From positions 174,985 through 238,984 of the IMG/VR virus record IMGVR_UViG_3300042922_001182: a DNA stretch of 64,000 nt; one strand, 5' to 3'. Of this stretch, positions 37,504 to 47,029 are shown piece after piece. Each line of letters opens with the position of its first letter. Within the stretch, counting starts at the first letter, position 1. A program made the position numbers and the translations under genes. Under the pieces are notes generated by a model, which was not told the DNA's origin, ran no database searches, and was given only the letters and a program-made list of their open reading frames with translations.

Positions 37504-39468
37504 ATGACGAAGAGCACCAAGGACTACACCAAGCTCGTCAACGAGCACAAGATCCGCAGCGGCATCCGCCGCGCCTTCACCGGCGAGGTCGGCGAGGTCG
37601 TCGCCGAGCTGCTGCAGAACTCCCAGCGGGCAGGTGCCCGCACCGTGGACGCCCGCACCGAGTACGAGGGGGAACCTTCGGTCCCGCAGATGAAGGCGGC
37701 GGCCCCCAAGATGAAGGGGGGACCCATGCCCAAGAGGGCTCCCTCACCCGCGCCCATCCCCAGCGCCGCGAAGAAGGCCGGTAGCGGGGAGTGGAAGGAT
37801 CAGGCCGCCGGACGTTTCTGCTACAGCGACGACGGCCACGGCCTCTCGCGTGGTAAGGACTCTTTCCACGACCTCCTGAGCATGGGGGACAGCGGCTACG
37901 ACCGCCCCGAGGTGGAGCAGCAGCATCCCATGGGCATCGGCATCAACTCCCTTTTGGCCCTGGAGGGCGTCAAGCGTGTGGTCCTCCGCTCCAACGGCCT
38001 CCGCCTGAGCATCGACACCCACTCCTGGTGGGAGGACGAGGGGTACTACACGACCTGGGCGGACCGCGTGGAGGCGGACCCCCTACCGGTGGACGGGCTC
38101 GCCATCGAGGCCGACCTGGCCCCCGGGGTCCTCTGGGAGTTCGAGAAGTGCTTCCTCCGCTACGATCGAGGCGATAGCGCGCTCCTAGCTGTCACCGGCT
38201 ACGGCGAGGTATTCGACGCCCTCCGGATCAACGGGGTTCAGGCCGACACCGCAATCCCCTCCGCCGTCCTTCCGTTCTCGTCGGAGCCGCTGGTCGACAC
38301 CGACTTCGACGGCTCGCGCCTCCGCGTCTGGCACGTGCCGCCGGAGAACCGCTACGACTACTCCAAGAAGAGCCTCGTGAGCTGGTATGGCCAGCTCATT
38401 CCCATTCACATCGAGGCGATGCAGTACCGCCAGCGGTTCTTCTTCCACCTCCAGGTCGGCTCCGGCACCCCCGTCACCCCCAAGAGCCCCACCCGGGACT
38501 CGATCGTGAAGGACGCCAAGTGGGACAAGCTCAACCGGGCCATCGTCGACGCCCTGTTCGCCTCCGCATCCGACGAGTCCAAGGTGGAGACGTGGACCGC
38601 AAAGGCTGTAAAGGCGCTCTACCATATCGACCGCATCCGCGCCTCACGCACCCTCTTCTTCGTGGCGGCCCCCGTCGATGAAGAGGCCATCAAGAAAGCG
38701 CAAACGCACGCGCACGACGGTTCCAGCTACGACGAGCCTCCGGATCTAGAGGTCTACCGCACCAAGGAGATCAGCCAGCTGATGACCATCTCCGGCGTCG
38801 TCCGGGTGATCGGCGGCGAGGGCAAGAAGGCGAAGAAGAAGAAGGAGGAGGAGAAGGGGTTCAAGGCGGAGAACCTCGGCTGCCTGGGCTCCTTCGCGCT
38901 CCCCGAGGGGACGGTCCTCCTGACCGACCTCCAGGTTCCAGACGGCTGGGAGGGTCGCCTGTTCGACCTGGAGGTCTCCCTGGACGCCGAGCCCTTCTTC
39001 GTCTGGGCTGACGCGTCCTTCTTCCGCTCCGCCAGCTGGCGGCTCGTGCCCCGGGACCACGGGACTGCGACGGACTGGAAGCCGCTCGCCAAGGACGCGT
39101 GGTTCCTGAAGGAGGACTTCCAGTACACCTTCGGCGACGTCAAGACCAGCGCGGTGGTGCTCGACGGCAACGTCAAGCGCTTCCTGAACGAATTCGGCGA
39201 CTACCTCATCTACCTCGGCGAGGACGACCAGGACGGCCAGGAGGAGAACCACTCCGACTGCATCGCCACCGCCATCCGAGAGTTCGTCGGCAAGGACGTC
39301 ATCGAGGAGGGCTTCACGATGCACACCCTCTCCATGATGTTCAAGAAGCTCACCGGTAAGAAGCAGGAGGTCGAGAGCATCAAGGTCAATCGCGACAAGG
39401 ACGGCAACATGACCAGCATCGACGTCGTCAGCACCACCGGGACCGCGCAGACCCTGCGCGTCCTTTAG
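37504..39468 (+). CDS. GHKL (Hsp90/MORC-like HATPase_c) ATPase protein 2
   Basis: AELLQNSQRAGA, YSDDGHGL, HPMGIGINSLL, SWYGQLI; paralog of 27541. Confidence 0.8.
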   Translation: MTKSTKDYTKLVNEHKIRSGIRRAFTGEVGEVVAELLQNSQRAGARTVDARTEYEGEPSVPQMKAAAPKMKGGPMPKRAPSPAPIPSAAKKAGSGEWKDQAAGRFCYSDDGHGLSRGKDSFHDLLSMGDSGYDRPEVEQQHPMGIGINSLLALEGVKRVVLRSNGLRLSIDTHSWWEDEGYYTTWADRVEADPLPVDGLAIEADLAPGVLWEFEKCFLRYDRGDSALLAVTGYGEVFDALRINGVQADTAIPSAVLPFSSEPLVDTDFDGSRLRVWHVPPENRYDYSKKSLVSWYGQLIPIHIEAMQYRQRFFFHLQVGSGTPVTPKSPTRDSIVKDAKWDKLNRAIVDALFASASDESKVETWTAKAVKALYHIDRIRASRTLFFVAAPVDEEAIKKAQTHAHDGSSYDEPPDLEVYRTKEISQLMTISGVVRVIGGEGKKAKKKKEEEKGFKAENLGCLGSFALPEGTVLLTDLQVPDGWEGRLFDLEVSLDAEPFFVWADASFFRSASWRLVPRDHGTATDWKPLAKDAWFLKEDFQYTFGDVKTSAVVLDGNVKRFLNEFGDYLIYLGEDDQDGQEENHSDCIATAIREFVGKDVIEEGFTMHTLSMMFKKLTGKKQEVESIKVNRDKDGNMTSIDVVSTTGTAQTLRVL

Positions 39469-39517
39469 CCAATCGAGGGAGGGGCCTGCGCCCCTCCCCC
39501 TTAGAAAAGAGGAAACC

Positions 39518-40897
39518 ATGGAAAACACCGGGCACCGCGAGGTCCAGGGGTACGAGGAGATACGCCAGGAGGCCGCGAAGGCCGACGAGCGCGGTAACGA
39601 GCTCTTTGCCCTCGCCTGGAGGCACCACGCGATCATCGAGGAGAACACGGAGGAGGGGGAGCGGGACTCCATCGGTCCGATCCTGGTCTTCCTCCCCAAG
39701 GGGGAGGAAGACAGCGACGAGGAGCTGGTCCGGATCACCGAGGACACCTTCGAGGAGCTGGTCTATGTCCCTGCGGTCAGGGCCTTCACCGGCATCATCA
39801 TCACCGGTGAGGAAGGCTTCGGGGTCGTGTTCCCCGAGGAGCGCCTGTCGCCGAGGGATGTCGAGCACCTCAAGACCGTCGCGACCGAGTACGGGGACCA
39901 GCAGGTCATCTCCCCCCTGGCGGGCTTCGGCACCCCCGAGGCCCAGGCCAAGGAGGCCCAGGACGTCATGACCCAACACCTGTTCCAGCACGGCGGCTTC
40001 TACGCCGTCGGCCCCGTCTGGACCTTCTCGAACTCTCGTAGCAAGGTCACTTACCGGGACGCCATGATCGCGGAGCGGATGACCCACGTCGTCGCCTGCG
40101 CCATCGAGGCTGGCCTCAAGGAAGGCCGGGAGGAGATCCTCAAGACGTCGGAGGCGCTGGCGCAGGCCCTCGGCTCGTACTCCTCCGTCCTCTCCAACGT
40201 CGCCATGGCCACCTTCTTCGCCCGCTTCCCGGGAGTGACCGGCGATTTCGGCCTCAAGGACAACGAGGCGTTCATCCACCTCGTGCGGAAGGTCGTCGAA
40301 GGCGGTGGCCTCTCTGTGGGGGCCGTGATCTACGCCAAGAGGGAGCTCGCCGAGCGCTCCGAGATGCAGGTCGCCGCCCTCCCGGAGGCGGTGTCGGAGG
40401 CTGGCGGCGCCGTGCCGGAGGACATGGTGCCAGTCTCCGTGACGGGCCTCGGGGCGGGCCACCACCCCCTTGACGAGGACGCGGTCGACATCCTGGAGGA
40501 GGCCGCGACGCTGATCGGCATCTCCGAGGTGATCAGCTCGTACCTGGATCAGCCCATCCTGCTCACCGCCTTCCTGTCAATGGAGCAGCTCCAATCCCTC
40601 AACCAGCGGCTCACCGGCCACATCCAGTGGCTGCAGTCCGGCTTCATGGCGGATGCCGCCGAGGCCCTGAAGGACAAAGACGAGGCCCGGCGTGGGGATC
40701 CCGATCCCATCCTGGTGCTCCAAGGCCCCAGCGGTGCCCCGATGCTCCTGACGTGCAAGTGCGTCCTGGATCGGGCGGGGATGAAGGTCGAGGGCCTCGA
40801 CAAGGTCCCCAATAAGGTCATCTACGAGATCGTCGGCATCGTGACCGACGTTGAAGAGAAAGGAAACGACGACAGTGGATCCGAATCGCAAGAGTAG
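39518..40897 (+). CDS. Hypothetical acidic protein, paralog of 40851
   Basis: VSVTGLGAGHHPL and LLTCKCVLDRAG. Confidence 0.75.
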   Translation: MENTGHREVQGYEEIRQEAAKADERGNELFALAWRHHAIIEENTEEGERDSIGPILVFLPKGEEDSDEELVRITEDTFEELVYVPAVRAFTGIIITGEEGFGVVFPEERLSPRDVEHLKTVATEYGDQQVISPLAGFGTPEAQAKEAQDVMTQHLFQHGGFYAVGPVWTFSNSRSKVTYRDAMIAERMTHVVACAIEAGLKEGREEILKTSEALAQALGSYSSVLSNVAMATFFARFPGVTGDFGLKDNEAFIHLVRKVVEGGGLSVGAVIYAKRELAERSEMQVAALPEAVSEAGGAVPEDMVPVSVTGLGAGHHPLDEDAVDILEEAATLIGISEVISSYLDQPILLTAFLSMEQLQSLNQRLTGHIQWLQSGFMADAAEALKDKDEARRGDPDPILVLQGPSGAPMLLTCKCVLDRAGMKVEGLDKVPNKVIYEIVGIVTDVEEKGNDDSGSESQE

Positions 40898-41780
40898 CAC
40901 CGACCCCTTCGGCAGGCAGCAGTTCGAGGAGCACGCCCGCGACCACGGCGGCTTCTTCATCGCGGGCCAGGTCTGGGACTGGGGCACCAAGAACGAGCAG
41001 GAGCTGTACAAGCTCCTCGCCGTCATGAAGACGCAACTCGTTCGCCTCTTCTCCCTGGCCCGGGTCAACGACAAGAGCCGTGACCTCACCGAGGCCGCCG
41101 CAGTCCTCTCCTCGTCCCTGGCCCTGGCCTCCAGGCTGTCCAGCAGCGCGGCCATCGAGGCCTTCTGCAAGGACAAGACCGCCGAGGAGATCCTGACCGG
41201 TGGGGTTGGCACCGTCATCAAGCAGACCAAGTTCGAAGGCGCCCACGGCGGCATCGAGATCTACGTCTTCATGCTCCCGGAGTTCGCCGAGTCCCTCGGC
41301 ATGGCCGCCGTGGAGCCCCCGCGCCACGTCGCGGATCAGCTCCCTCCCGGGACCGTGCTCGTCTCGGTCACCGGGCGAGGCGCCCTGGACCACAACCCCC
41401 TCCCTGCTCGGGCCCTGCTGCGGTTCATGAGCTCGGACGTCTACCACACCGTGAGGCCCTTCCTCCTCAAGGCCTCCCAGTCCAAGTCCGCCGTGAAGTC
41501 CCTGCTCCAAGGGGACTTCTTCCAGGCCTTCGAGGAGAAGCTTCGCAACGACACGGAGGCCCTCAGGACGGTCCTCTTCTACAAGGCGGTCGACGCCCTC
41601 GGCGTCGGCGTCGGCGAGGAGTCCAGGGACCCCCTCCTCTCCATCGTCGACACCTCGACCGACGCGGTCGCCCTGGTGACCTGCCAGTGCGTCATGGACC
41701 GCAACGGCATCGAGAAGCTCGTCCCCGTCCCGCTGAGCGTCGTCCGGGAGGCCCTGGACGCCGGTCTGGCTGGCGGCTGA
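40851..41780 (+). CDS. Hypothetical protein, paralog of 39518
   Basis: VSVTGRGALDHNPL and LVTCQCVMDRNG; start uncertain. Confidence 0.75.
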   Translation: MKRKETTTVDPNRKSSTDPFGRQQFEEHARDHGGFFIAGQVWDWGTKNEQELYKLLAVMKTQLVRLFSLARVNDKSRDLTEAAAVLSSSLALASRLSSSAAIEAFCKDKTAEEILTGGVGTVIKQTKFEGAHGGIEIYVFMLPEFAESLGMAAVEPPRHVADQLPPGTVLVSVTGRGALDHNPLPARALLRFMSSDVYHTVRPFLLKASQSKSAVKSLLQGDFFQAFEEKLRNDTEALRTVLFYKAVDALGVGVGEESRDPLLSIVDTSTDAVALVTCQCVMDRNGIEKLVPVPLSVVREALDAGLAGG

Positions 41781-41828
41781 ATCTCAAACACCGCTTGAAG
41801 ACACACATTATCGGGTTGGACTCGATAC

Positions 41829-41858
41829 AGGAAAGGCCCTGGCAAGGCCTTTCTTTTT
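41829..41858 (+). terminator. Intrinsic terminator
   Basis: AAAGGCC/GGCCTTT plus T-tract. Confidence 0.55.
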
Positions 41859-41875
41859 CGGACAGGAGAAACGAC

Positions 41876-42283
41876 TTGACAAGAGAAGAGTTGCTGGCCA
41901 GGTTCAGCGACCCCAAGGGGGAGGCTTACGCCAGTTGGAGGAAGAAGAAGGAGAGCGGGGAGTCCGATCGCCGGATGGCCGAGGAGCTGAAGGCGGCTAA
42001 GGAAGACCTGGCCGTGACCCTCGGGCGAATCAGGAGCATGACGGAGAAGACCGGCTCGCCTTTCAGCTTCACGATGAAGCGGTTCGAGGCCGAGGACAAG
42101 CACAGGGAAGAGGTCCACAGGATCGAATCGAAGTACCGATGGCCCCGAGACGTCAAGGGAGACGAGGTGCTCGACGCCATCCTGCGGAACCAACGGCTGA
42201 TCGTCGAGCAGCTGAGCCTGCCGAAGAAGCCCGAGAGAAAGCCGAGGCGGTGGAAGACCGCCTCCAGCCCAATCAGAAGATAG
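41876..42283 (+). CDS. Hypothetical charged coiled-coil protein
   Basis: TTG start after SD AGGAG. Confidence 0.55.
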   Translation: MTREELLARFSDPKGEAYASWRKKKESGESDRRMAEELKAAKEDLAVTLGRIRSMTEKTGSPFSFTMKRFEAEDKHREEVHRIESKYRWPRDVKGDEVLDAILRNQRLIVEQLSLPKKPERKPRRWKTASSPIRR

Positions 42284-42296
42284 GAGAAACGAAATC

Positions 42297-42821
42297 ATGA
42301 TCAAGATCACCTGCATCGAGGAGCTCAAGGCGCTTCCGGACGGGGCCCCGCTCTTCGTGGTCGAGCCCGACAACTTCACCATGCTGTGGGGCTGGTTCGA
42401 CAAGGAGGGGACGGATGAGAGCGGCGAAGAGCTATCCGTCATCCCCGAGAGCAAGGCCCACCACGGCCAGGGAGACATCGAGTACCTCAGCGCCGTTTAC
42501 TACCCGCTGGAGTTCATCTTCCAGCAGGAGGGCAGCTGCTCCCCCGAGGCCGGCACCCACGTCTACCACCTCGACAACTCCGCCGAGACGCGTGGAATGG
42601 AGGAGCCCCTGCCGGAGCCCACCGAGCAGGACAAGAAGAACGCCAGGGAGGTCCTGCGCCTCGCCACTTCCGACGACGATACCGAAGACGTCGATCTGGC
42701 CTTCCTGGCCGAGGCGGCGGCCGAGGTTCTGAACGGCTGGCCGAAATGGGTGGGCTACCTGAACAAGGAGCTCGAAGAGCGTCGTACGGGTAAGAAGGAG
42801 GAGAACGGCGATGAGGGATAG
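42297..42821 (+). CDS. Hypothetical acidic protein
   Basis: 174 aa; SD AGGAG. Confidence 0.7.
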   Translation: MIKITCIEELKALPDGAPLFVVEPDNFTMLWGWFDKEGTDESGEELSVIPESKAHHGQGDIEYLSAVYYPLEFIFQQEGSCSPEAGTHVYHLDNSAETRGMEEPLPEPTEQDKKNAREVLRLATSDDDTEDVDLAFLAEAAAEVLNGWPKWVGYLNKELEERRTGKKEENGDEG

Positions 42822-43164
42822 CACCGAGGGGGCGGTCGTCGCCCCCGAGCTCTACCGCACCCTTCTGGGCCCCGAGCTCTACCGCACGCGCCAGGGCGTC
42901 GGCTGCCGGGAGATCCTCGACGTGCTCGGCAAGACCGTCAAGGTCGACATCTACCGGGACTCCGTAGAGTTCCAGTCCCACGCCAGGGCGAAGATCTGGG
43001 ACGGCTTCCAGTGGAACTCCATGGCGTCCGTCCACTGGTCGAACATGGAGACCCCGGAGAACCTGCACGTCAAGAAGTCGGCCAGCACCGCCGTCTTCCT
43101 GGTCGACCGGGCGGCGGTCCTCGAACAGGTCCTCGTCATCCTGCGGCCCCGTGAGGGCGGCTAG
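42811..43164 (+). CDS. Hypothetical protein with PELYRT duplication
   Basis: 117 aa. Confidence 0.65.
   Translation: MRDSTEGAVVAPELYRTLLGPELYRTRQGVGCREILDVLGKTVKVDIYRDSVEFQSHARAKIWDGFQWNSMASVHWSNMETPENLHVKKSASTAVFLVDRAAVLEQVLVILRPREGG
42843..42887 (+). repeat. 18-nt direct repeat, period 27
   Basis: CCCCGAGCTCTACCGCAC at 42843 and 42870. Confidence 0.85.
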
Positions 43165-43165
43165 G

Positions 43166-43411
43166 ATGGGTTCGACGATCAGGTTCTACGCCGTGGCGAT
43201 CCTGGTCGGTGCCTTGGTCGGCTGGCTCCAGCCCATCAAGCCCGCAGCCGCCGCCAGGGGGTACTACGACCAGCTCAACTGGGCCCCGAACCAGGAGACG
43301 GCCAACCTCTGGCTGGCCGACCCGCGCTACGAGACCCACGTCCTTTCTGTAGTCCACGACCGTTACAGCCAGGTCGTGGGCGTATGGCTCATCAGGAGGC
43401 AACCGAGATGA
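43166..43411 (+). CDS. Small exported/membrane protein
   Basis: N-terminal hydrophobic signal-like segment. Confidence 0.55.
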   Translation: MGSTIRFYAVAILVGALVGWLQPIKPAAAARGYYDQLNWAPNQETANLWLADPRYETHVLSVVHDRYSQVVGVWLIRRQPR

Positions 43412-43731
43412 TGCAATCCAAGCTTGAGGAGATCCTCAGCCTAGTCTCAGTGTCCGGAGAGGAGGGAGTCGACCGGAAGACGACCGACTCTCACGTCGTC
43501 CACTACGACCTCGGCACCAGGGACGACCGGTGGATCTCCATCACCGTCGGCATCGCCGGGGAGAGACCGGAGGTCACGTTCATGAGCGTCGTGATCCTCG
43601 GGGAGGATCCCGGCATCTTCTTCCACAGCTCCCCGAACGTCGTCGGGGCGGAGGTCCTGGTCGACCTCCTCTTCGGCGACTACCTCTACGGCGACAGGGC
43701 CCCTCAGGGCGGGGGGTACATCGGTGGCTGA
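43408..43731 (+). CDS. Hypothetical protein
   Basis: ATGA coupling. Confidence 0.6.
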   Translation: MMQSKLEEILSLVSVSGEEGVDRKTTDSHVVHYDLGTRDDRWISITVGIAGERPEVTFMSVVILGEDPGIFFHSSPNVVGAEVLVDLLFGDYLYGDRAPQGGGYIGG

Positions 43732-44422
43732 CCCGCAGAACGCCAACACCTGGGGGCCGACGCCCCCCTCTCGCCCGAACCTGGGCCCCCTGCCGGAGTT
43801 CCTGAGGGGGACCCACTGGAGGGCGAGCAAGACGCTCCCCTTCCGCCTCTGGCCCGAGGTCGTGGCCAAGTACGGACCGCCGAAGACGTTCCAGGAGGTC
43901 TTCCCAGGGGAGGTCTACCTGGAGATGGAGTTCACCAACATGAGAGCGGGATTCCTGATGAACAGCTACAAGCCCCTCGAACGGGGCACCCCCGAGAGGG
44001 AATCCTACGAGAACGAGCTGGGGAAGGCCCTGGAGGAGTGCTTCCGGTACTCCCTGCGGGCGGTTGCCCACCTGGACACGAAGGAGGAGATCTGGGTCCA
44101 CCTCGGCGAGTTCTGGGAGGGGTTCGGCCACATGGCCCTCGACTCCCTGCTCCCCGCCGTCGGCATCCGGGACTGGGACCTCTACTTCCCCCCTGGGTTC
44201 CGGTTCGAGGAGGACGAGCGGACCCGCACCGCCAGCTCCGCGCACAGCGCGATCGGCTGGCAGGCCGGAGGCGCCGCGTCGGAGCGGTGGTTCCTCGGCG
44301 GCATGATGACCCCCTGGATGGGTAAGAGGATGGCGTTCGCCATCATCGAATCCGTGCAGGAGCAGCTGGAAGAGATCGAGGAGTACAGGAAGAGTGAATC
44401 AGAGCAACGCGAGGGGGTTTAG
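43724..44422 (+). CDS. Hypothetical protein
   Basis: 232 aa, aromatic-rich. Confidence 0.65.
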   Translation: MADPQNANTWGPTPPSRPNLGPLPEFLRGTHWRASKTLPFRLWPEVVAKYGPPKTFQEVFPGEVYLEMEFTNMRAGFLMNSYKPLERGTPERESYENELGKALEECFRYSLRAVAHLDTKEEIWVHLGEFWEGFGHMALDSLLPAVGIRDWDLYFPPGFRFEEDERTRTASSAHSAIGWQAGGAASERWFLGGMMTPWMGKRMAFAIIESVQEQLEEIEEYRKSESEQREGV

Positions 44423-44816
44423 CCCCCACGTCGAACCGCTGGTCCCCATCCGGGTCGACGTCCAAATGAACCATGCGCAACAGGAGCGCCTCAGGTCTAT
44501 GATCCTTGGTCACCCGAGTCACAACGACTACAACAAGGGGGACGAAGGCTACCTGAACCACCTGACCCTCACGCAGACCATCAAGGACAAGAACTACACC
44601 TACGACTACGACGTCAAGATAGCCATCTGGCCTGACAGACCGGTCAGGATCTACACCGGCTTCGGGCAGAACACGACGCTCGTCTCACGTATCTTCGACG
44701 TATCGAAGGCCGACGACGAGCTCAAGCGGCGGCTGGCGTCGATCGCGGCGGGGCTCCTCCTGGACGTCCAGGCCATGCTCCTCGAACTCTTCGCCGAGAT
44801 CAGGGAGGCGCAGTGA
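44394..44816 (+). CDS. Hypothetical protein
   Basis: 140 aa; start uncertain. Confidence 0.6.
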   Translation: MNQSNARGFSPHVEPLVPIRVDVQMNHAQQERLRSMILGHPSHNDYNKGDEGYLNHLTLTQTIKDKNYTYDYDVKIAIWPDRPVRIYTGFGQNTTLVSRIFDVSKADDELKRRLASIAAGLLLDVQAMLLELFAEIREAQ

Positions 44817-45514
44817 GGAAGCTGTACACCTTCGCTCCTGCCCACAGGCTCCTGGGAGGGGTCCCAGGGGTGCGCCCCATCGCCGAGCTAGCGGAGGAGG
44901 TCGGCATGTACTCCGCCAGCCCGGACTTCGTCCGCCGGAACGGCGGCCCCATCGCCAACCAGATCCTGGACTCCGTGCCCCCCTCGTGGTTCGAGGAGTG
45001 CGAGGCCAGGGGGCTCGTCCCGAACATCGACGTCCGGGTCCACCGGCTCTACCCCGGCGACTACCCGGCCTTCCCCGGCTGGCACTGCGACGGGGAGTTC
45101 CGGGAGACCTACTTCTCCCAGCCAGACCTGGATCGGGTTCCGGTCTCGGGGCACATGGTCGCCACCGTGGCGAGCCACGAGTCCGGCGTCTCCCGCACGG
45201 AGTGGCTCAACGAGGCGTACGACTTCTTCCTCGACAAGGTCGGGGAGGGCGACCAAGGGCTCTGGGCCCAGGTCGACAAGAAGCTGAACGCCATCTCGGA
45301 GAACCACCGGCTGTGGACCACGTCGTACCCTCCCGGGTCCATCGTGTCCTTCGACTCCCGGACCCTCCACCGCGCCACGGCTACGGCCGTTCGCGGGTGG
45401 CGGCTCTTCTTCCGTATGAGCCAGTGGCACAAGCCGGGGCTGGGCCCCGACAGCGAGGGGAGGCTCGCGAAGCAGGAGCAGATATACCGCATGGTAGGCC
45501 CCACCGGTTGGTAG
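44813..45514 (+). CDS. 2OG-Fe(II) dioxygenase-fold protein
   Basis: PGWHCDG (HxD) and distal LHRAT..RLFFR (His, Arg). Confidence 0.75.
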   Translation: MRKLYTFAPAHRLLGGVPGVRPIAELAEEVGMYSASPDFVRRNGGPIANQILDSVPPSWFEECEARGLVPNIDVRVHRLYPGDYPAFPGWHCDGEFRETYFSQPDLDRVPVSGHMVATVASHESGVSRTEWLNEAYDFFLDKVGEGDQGLWAQVDKKLNAISENHRLWTTSYPPGSIVSFDSRTLHRATATAVRGWRLFFRMSQWHKPGLGPDSEGRLAKQEQIYRMVGPTGW

Positions 45515-45529
45515 GGCGGAAAGGAAATT

Positions 45530-45817
45530 ATGACCGACAGAATAACCTGGGACTGCCTAGAGAGGCACGATGGCCCTGACCTCACCGTGTACAGCTTCAA
45601 CGCAGAGAACTGCACGGACCGAGAGATCACGGAGTTCATGAAGCTGCACGGCTTCGAGGAGGTCCTGACAGAGAGCCAGGAGCCCGTCGTGCGCTCTTTG
45701 GAAGCGGCCAACCGCCGCCTGGCCGAGCACGGGCTGGAGCTGGAGCTGCTGGACGCGCAGACGGACGGGTCCCACCACCTCTCCGTCCGGGCCGTCAGTA
45801 TGAAGGGGGTGGAATAG
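45530..45817 (+). CDS. Hypothetical protein
   Basis: SD AAAGGA; 95 aa. Confidence 0.65.
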   Translation: MTDRITWDCLERHDGPDLTVYSFNAENCTDREITEFMKLHGFEEVLTESQEPVVRSLEAANRRLAEHGLELELLDAQTDGSHHLSVRAVSMKGVE

Positions 45818-46246
45818 ATGTACATCACCGACCGCAACAGGCACCCCAACCGGATGGTGCTTGAGAACAGCCTGCTGGTCGTCGGCGACATCGACGAGAA
45901 GACGCTGGATGTCGTCATTCGGATACCGGACATCAGGACGAAGATCCAGTTCTCCGTCACCGGTGCGGACGAGATCAAGAAGATGCTCGCCCGCTTCGAG
46001 GTTGGGAAGGTCGTCCTGCTGGAGCACGACATGGGCCAGGAGGAAGGCTACTACGTGACCCTCACGCCCACCTCCGTGAGCCTCGTGGGCAGCACTCTGA
46101 CGGTCGAGGCGACCGCCAAGGAGCACGGCTGCGACGGTCGAGGCGTGTCCTACGGCGACACCCCCGACGAATGGCGGTACTGCGGCAACAGGGATTGCGA
46201 GATCTGTGAAGGAAGGAAATCGGCCGATGACGACTACCCGGATTAG
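45818..46246 (+). CDS. Hypothetical protein with C-terminal Cys cluster
   Basis: CGNRDCEIC; QEEGYYV shared with the next gene. Confidence 0.65.
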   Translation: MYITDRNRHPNRMVLENSLLVVGDIDEKTLDVVIRIPDIRTKIQFSVTGADEIKKMLARFEVGKVVLLEHDMGQEEGYYVTLTPTSVSLVGSTLTVEATAKEHGCDGRGVSYGDTPDEWRYCGNRDCEICEGRKSADDDYPD

Positions 46247-46955
46247 GGCCCTTGAGGTCGCCGAGGGCAAGATGCTCCTCGACAACGTCCACTGCCACCC
46301 CCCGGCGCCCCTCGACCGGGAGGAGGGCGGGGCCACCACGCCGGAGGTGTTCTGGGCCCTGCGGCTCGGGGAGCACGTCGTCATCAGCGGCACGTCCTTC
46401 GAGGACGAGGACTGCGAGGACCGGGACCACCTCCACGTCTTCGTCGTCCCCGAGGCCAAGGAGTACGTCTTCGGCTGGACGCAGGAGGAGGGCTACTACG
46501 TCGAGTACGACGCCCAGCACGCCTGCGAGACCTGCAAGGGGCCGATGGTGGCCGCCGGTAGGGGCCGCTGGATCTGCGCCCCGTGCGCGGCCGACAGCCT
46601 CCAGGAGATGGCGGAGGCCCTGGAGGGAGAGGACCTGGGCGAGGAGCTCGGTAGGATGGTCTGGACCCCCGGGCAGCCCGACAAGCTCCAGCAGGGGACG
46701 CCGGTGGTCATCACTCGGGAGTTCCGGGGGGTGAACGCCTACAAGGACGGCGACTTTGCGGAGACGCCGCCCTGGGAGGAGATCGAGCCCGACGACATCG
46801 TCGTGCCCGTGGGCACCCCGGCGTCCGTGTCCCAGTACGTGGGGGAGGGTCAGTACCAGCTCCTCGTCGAGCACGATTCCATCGACGGGGGCAGGCTGCA
46901 CTACTGGGTCGTCTCCGAGGACGACTTCTCCTCCGTAGAGAGCACTGCGGAATAA
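46227..46955 (+). CDS. Hypothetical acidic Zn-binding protein
   Basis: CETC, CAPC; QEEGYYV. Confidence 0.65.
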   Translation: MTTTRIRALEVAEGKMLLDNVHCHPPAPLDREEGGATTPEVFWALRLGEHVVISGTSFEDEDCEDRDHLHVFVVPEAKEYVFGWTQEEGYYVEYDAQHACETCKGPMVAAGRGRWICAPCAADSLQEMAEALEGEDLGEELGRMVWTPGQPDKLQQGTPVVITREFRGVNAYKDGDFAETPPWEEIEPDDIVVPVGTPASVSQYVGEGQYQLLVEHDSIDGGRLHYWVVSEDDFSSVESTAE

Positions 46956-46970
46956 GCACATATCATTATC

Positions 46971-47008
46971 CGGGAAGGCCTGACGCCTTCCCGGGTACTT
47001 TTTCTTTT
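46971..47008 (+). terminator. Intrinsic terminator
   Basis: CGGGAAGGC/GCCTTCCCG plus T-tract. Confidence 0.65.
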
Positions 47009-47029
47009 AGCTGAAAGTAGGACTGATCA

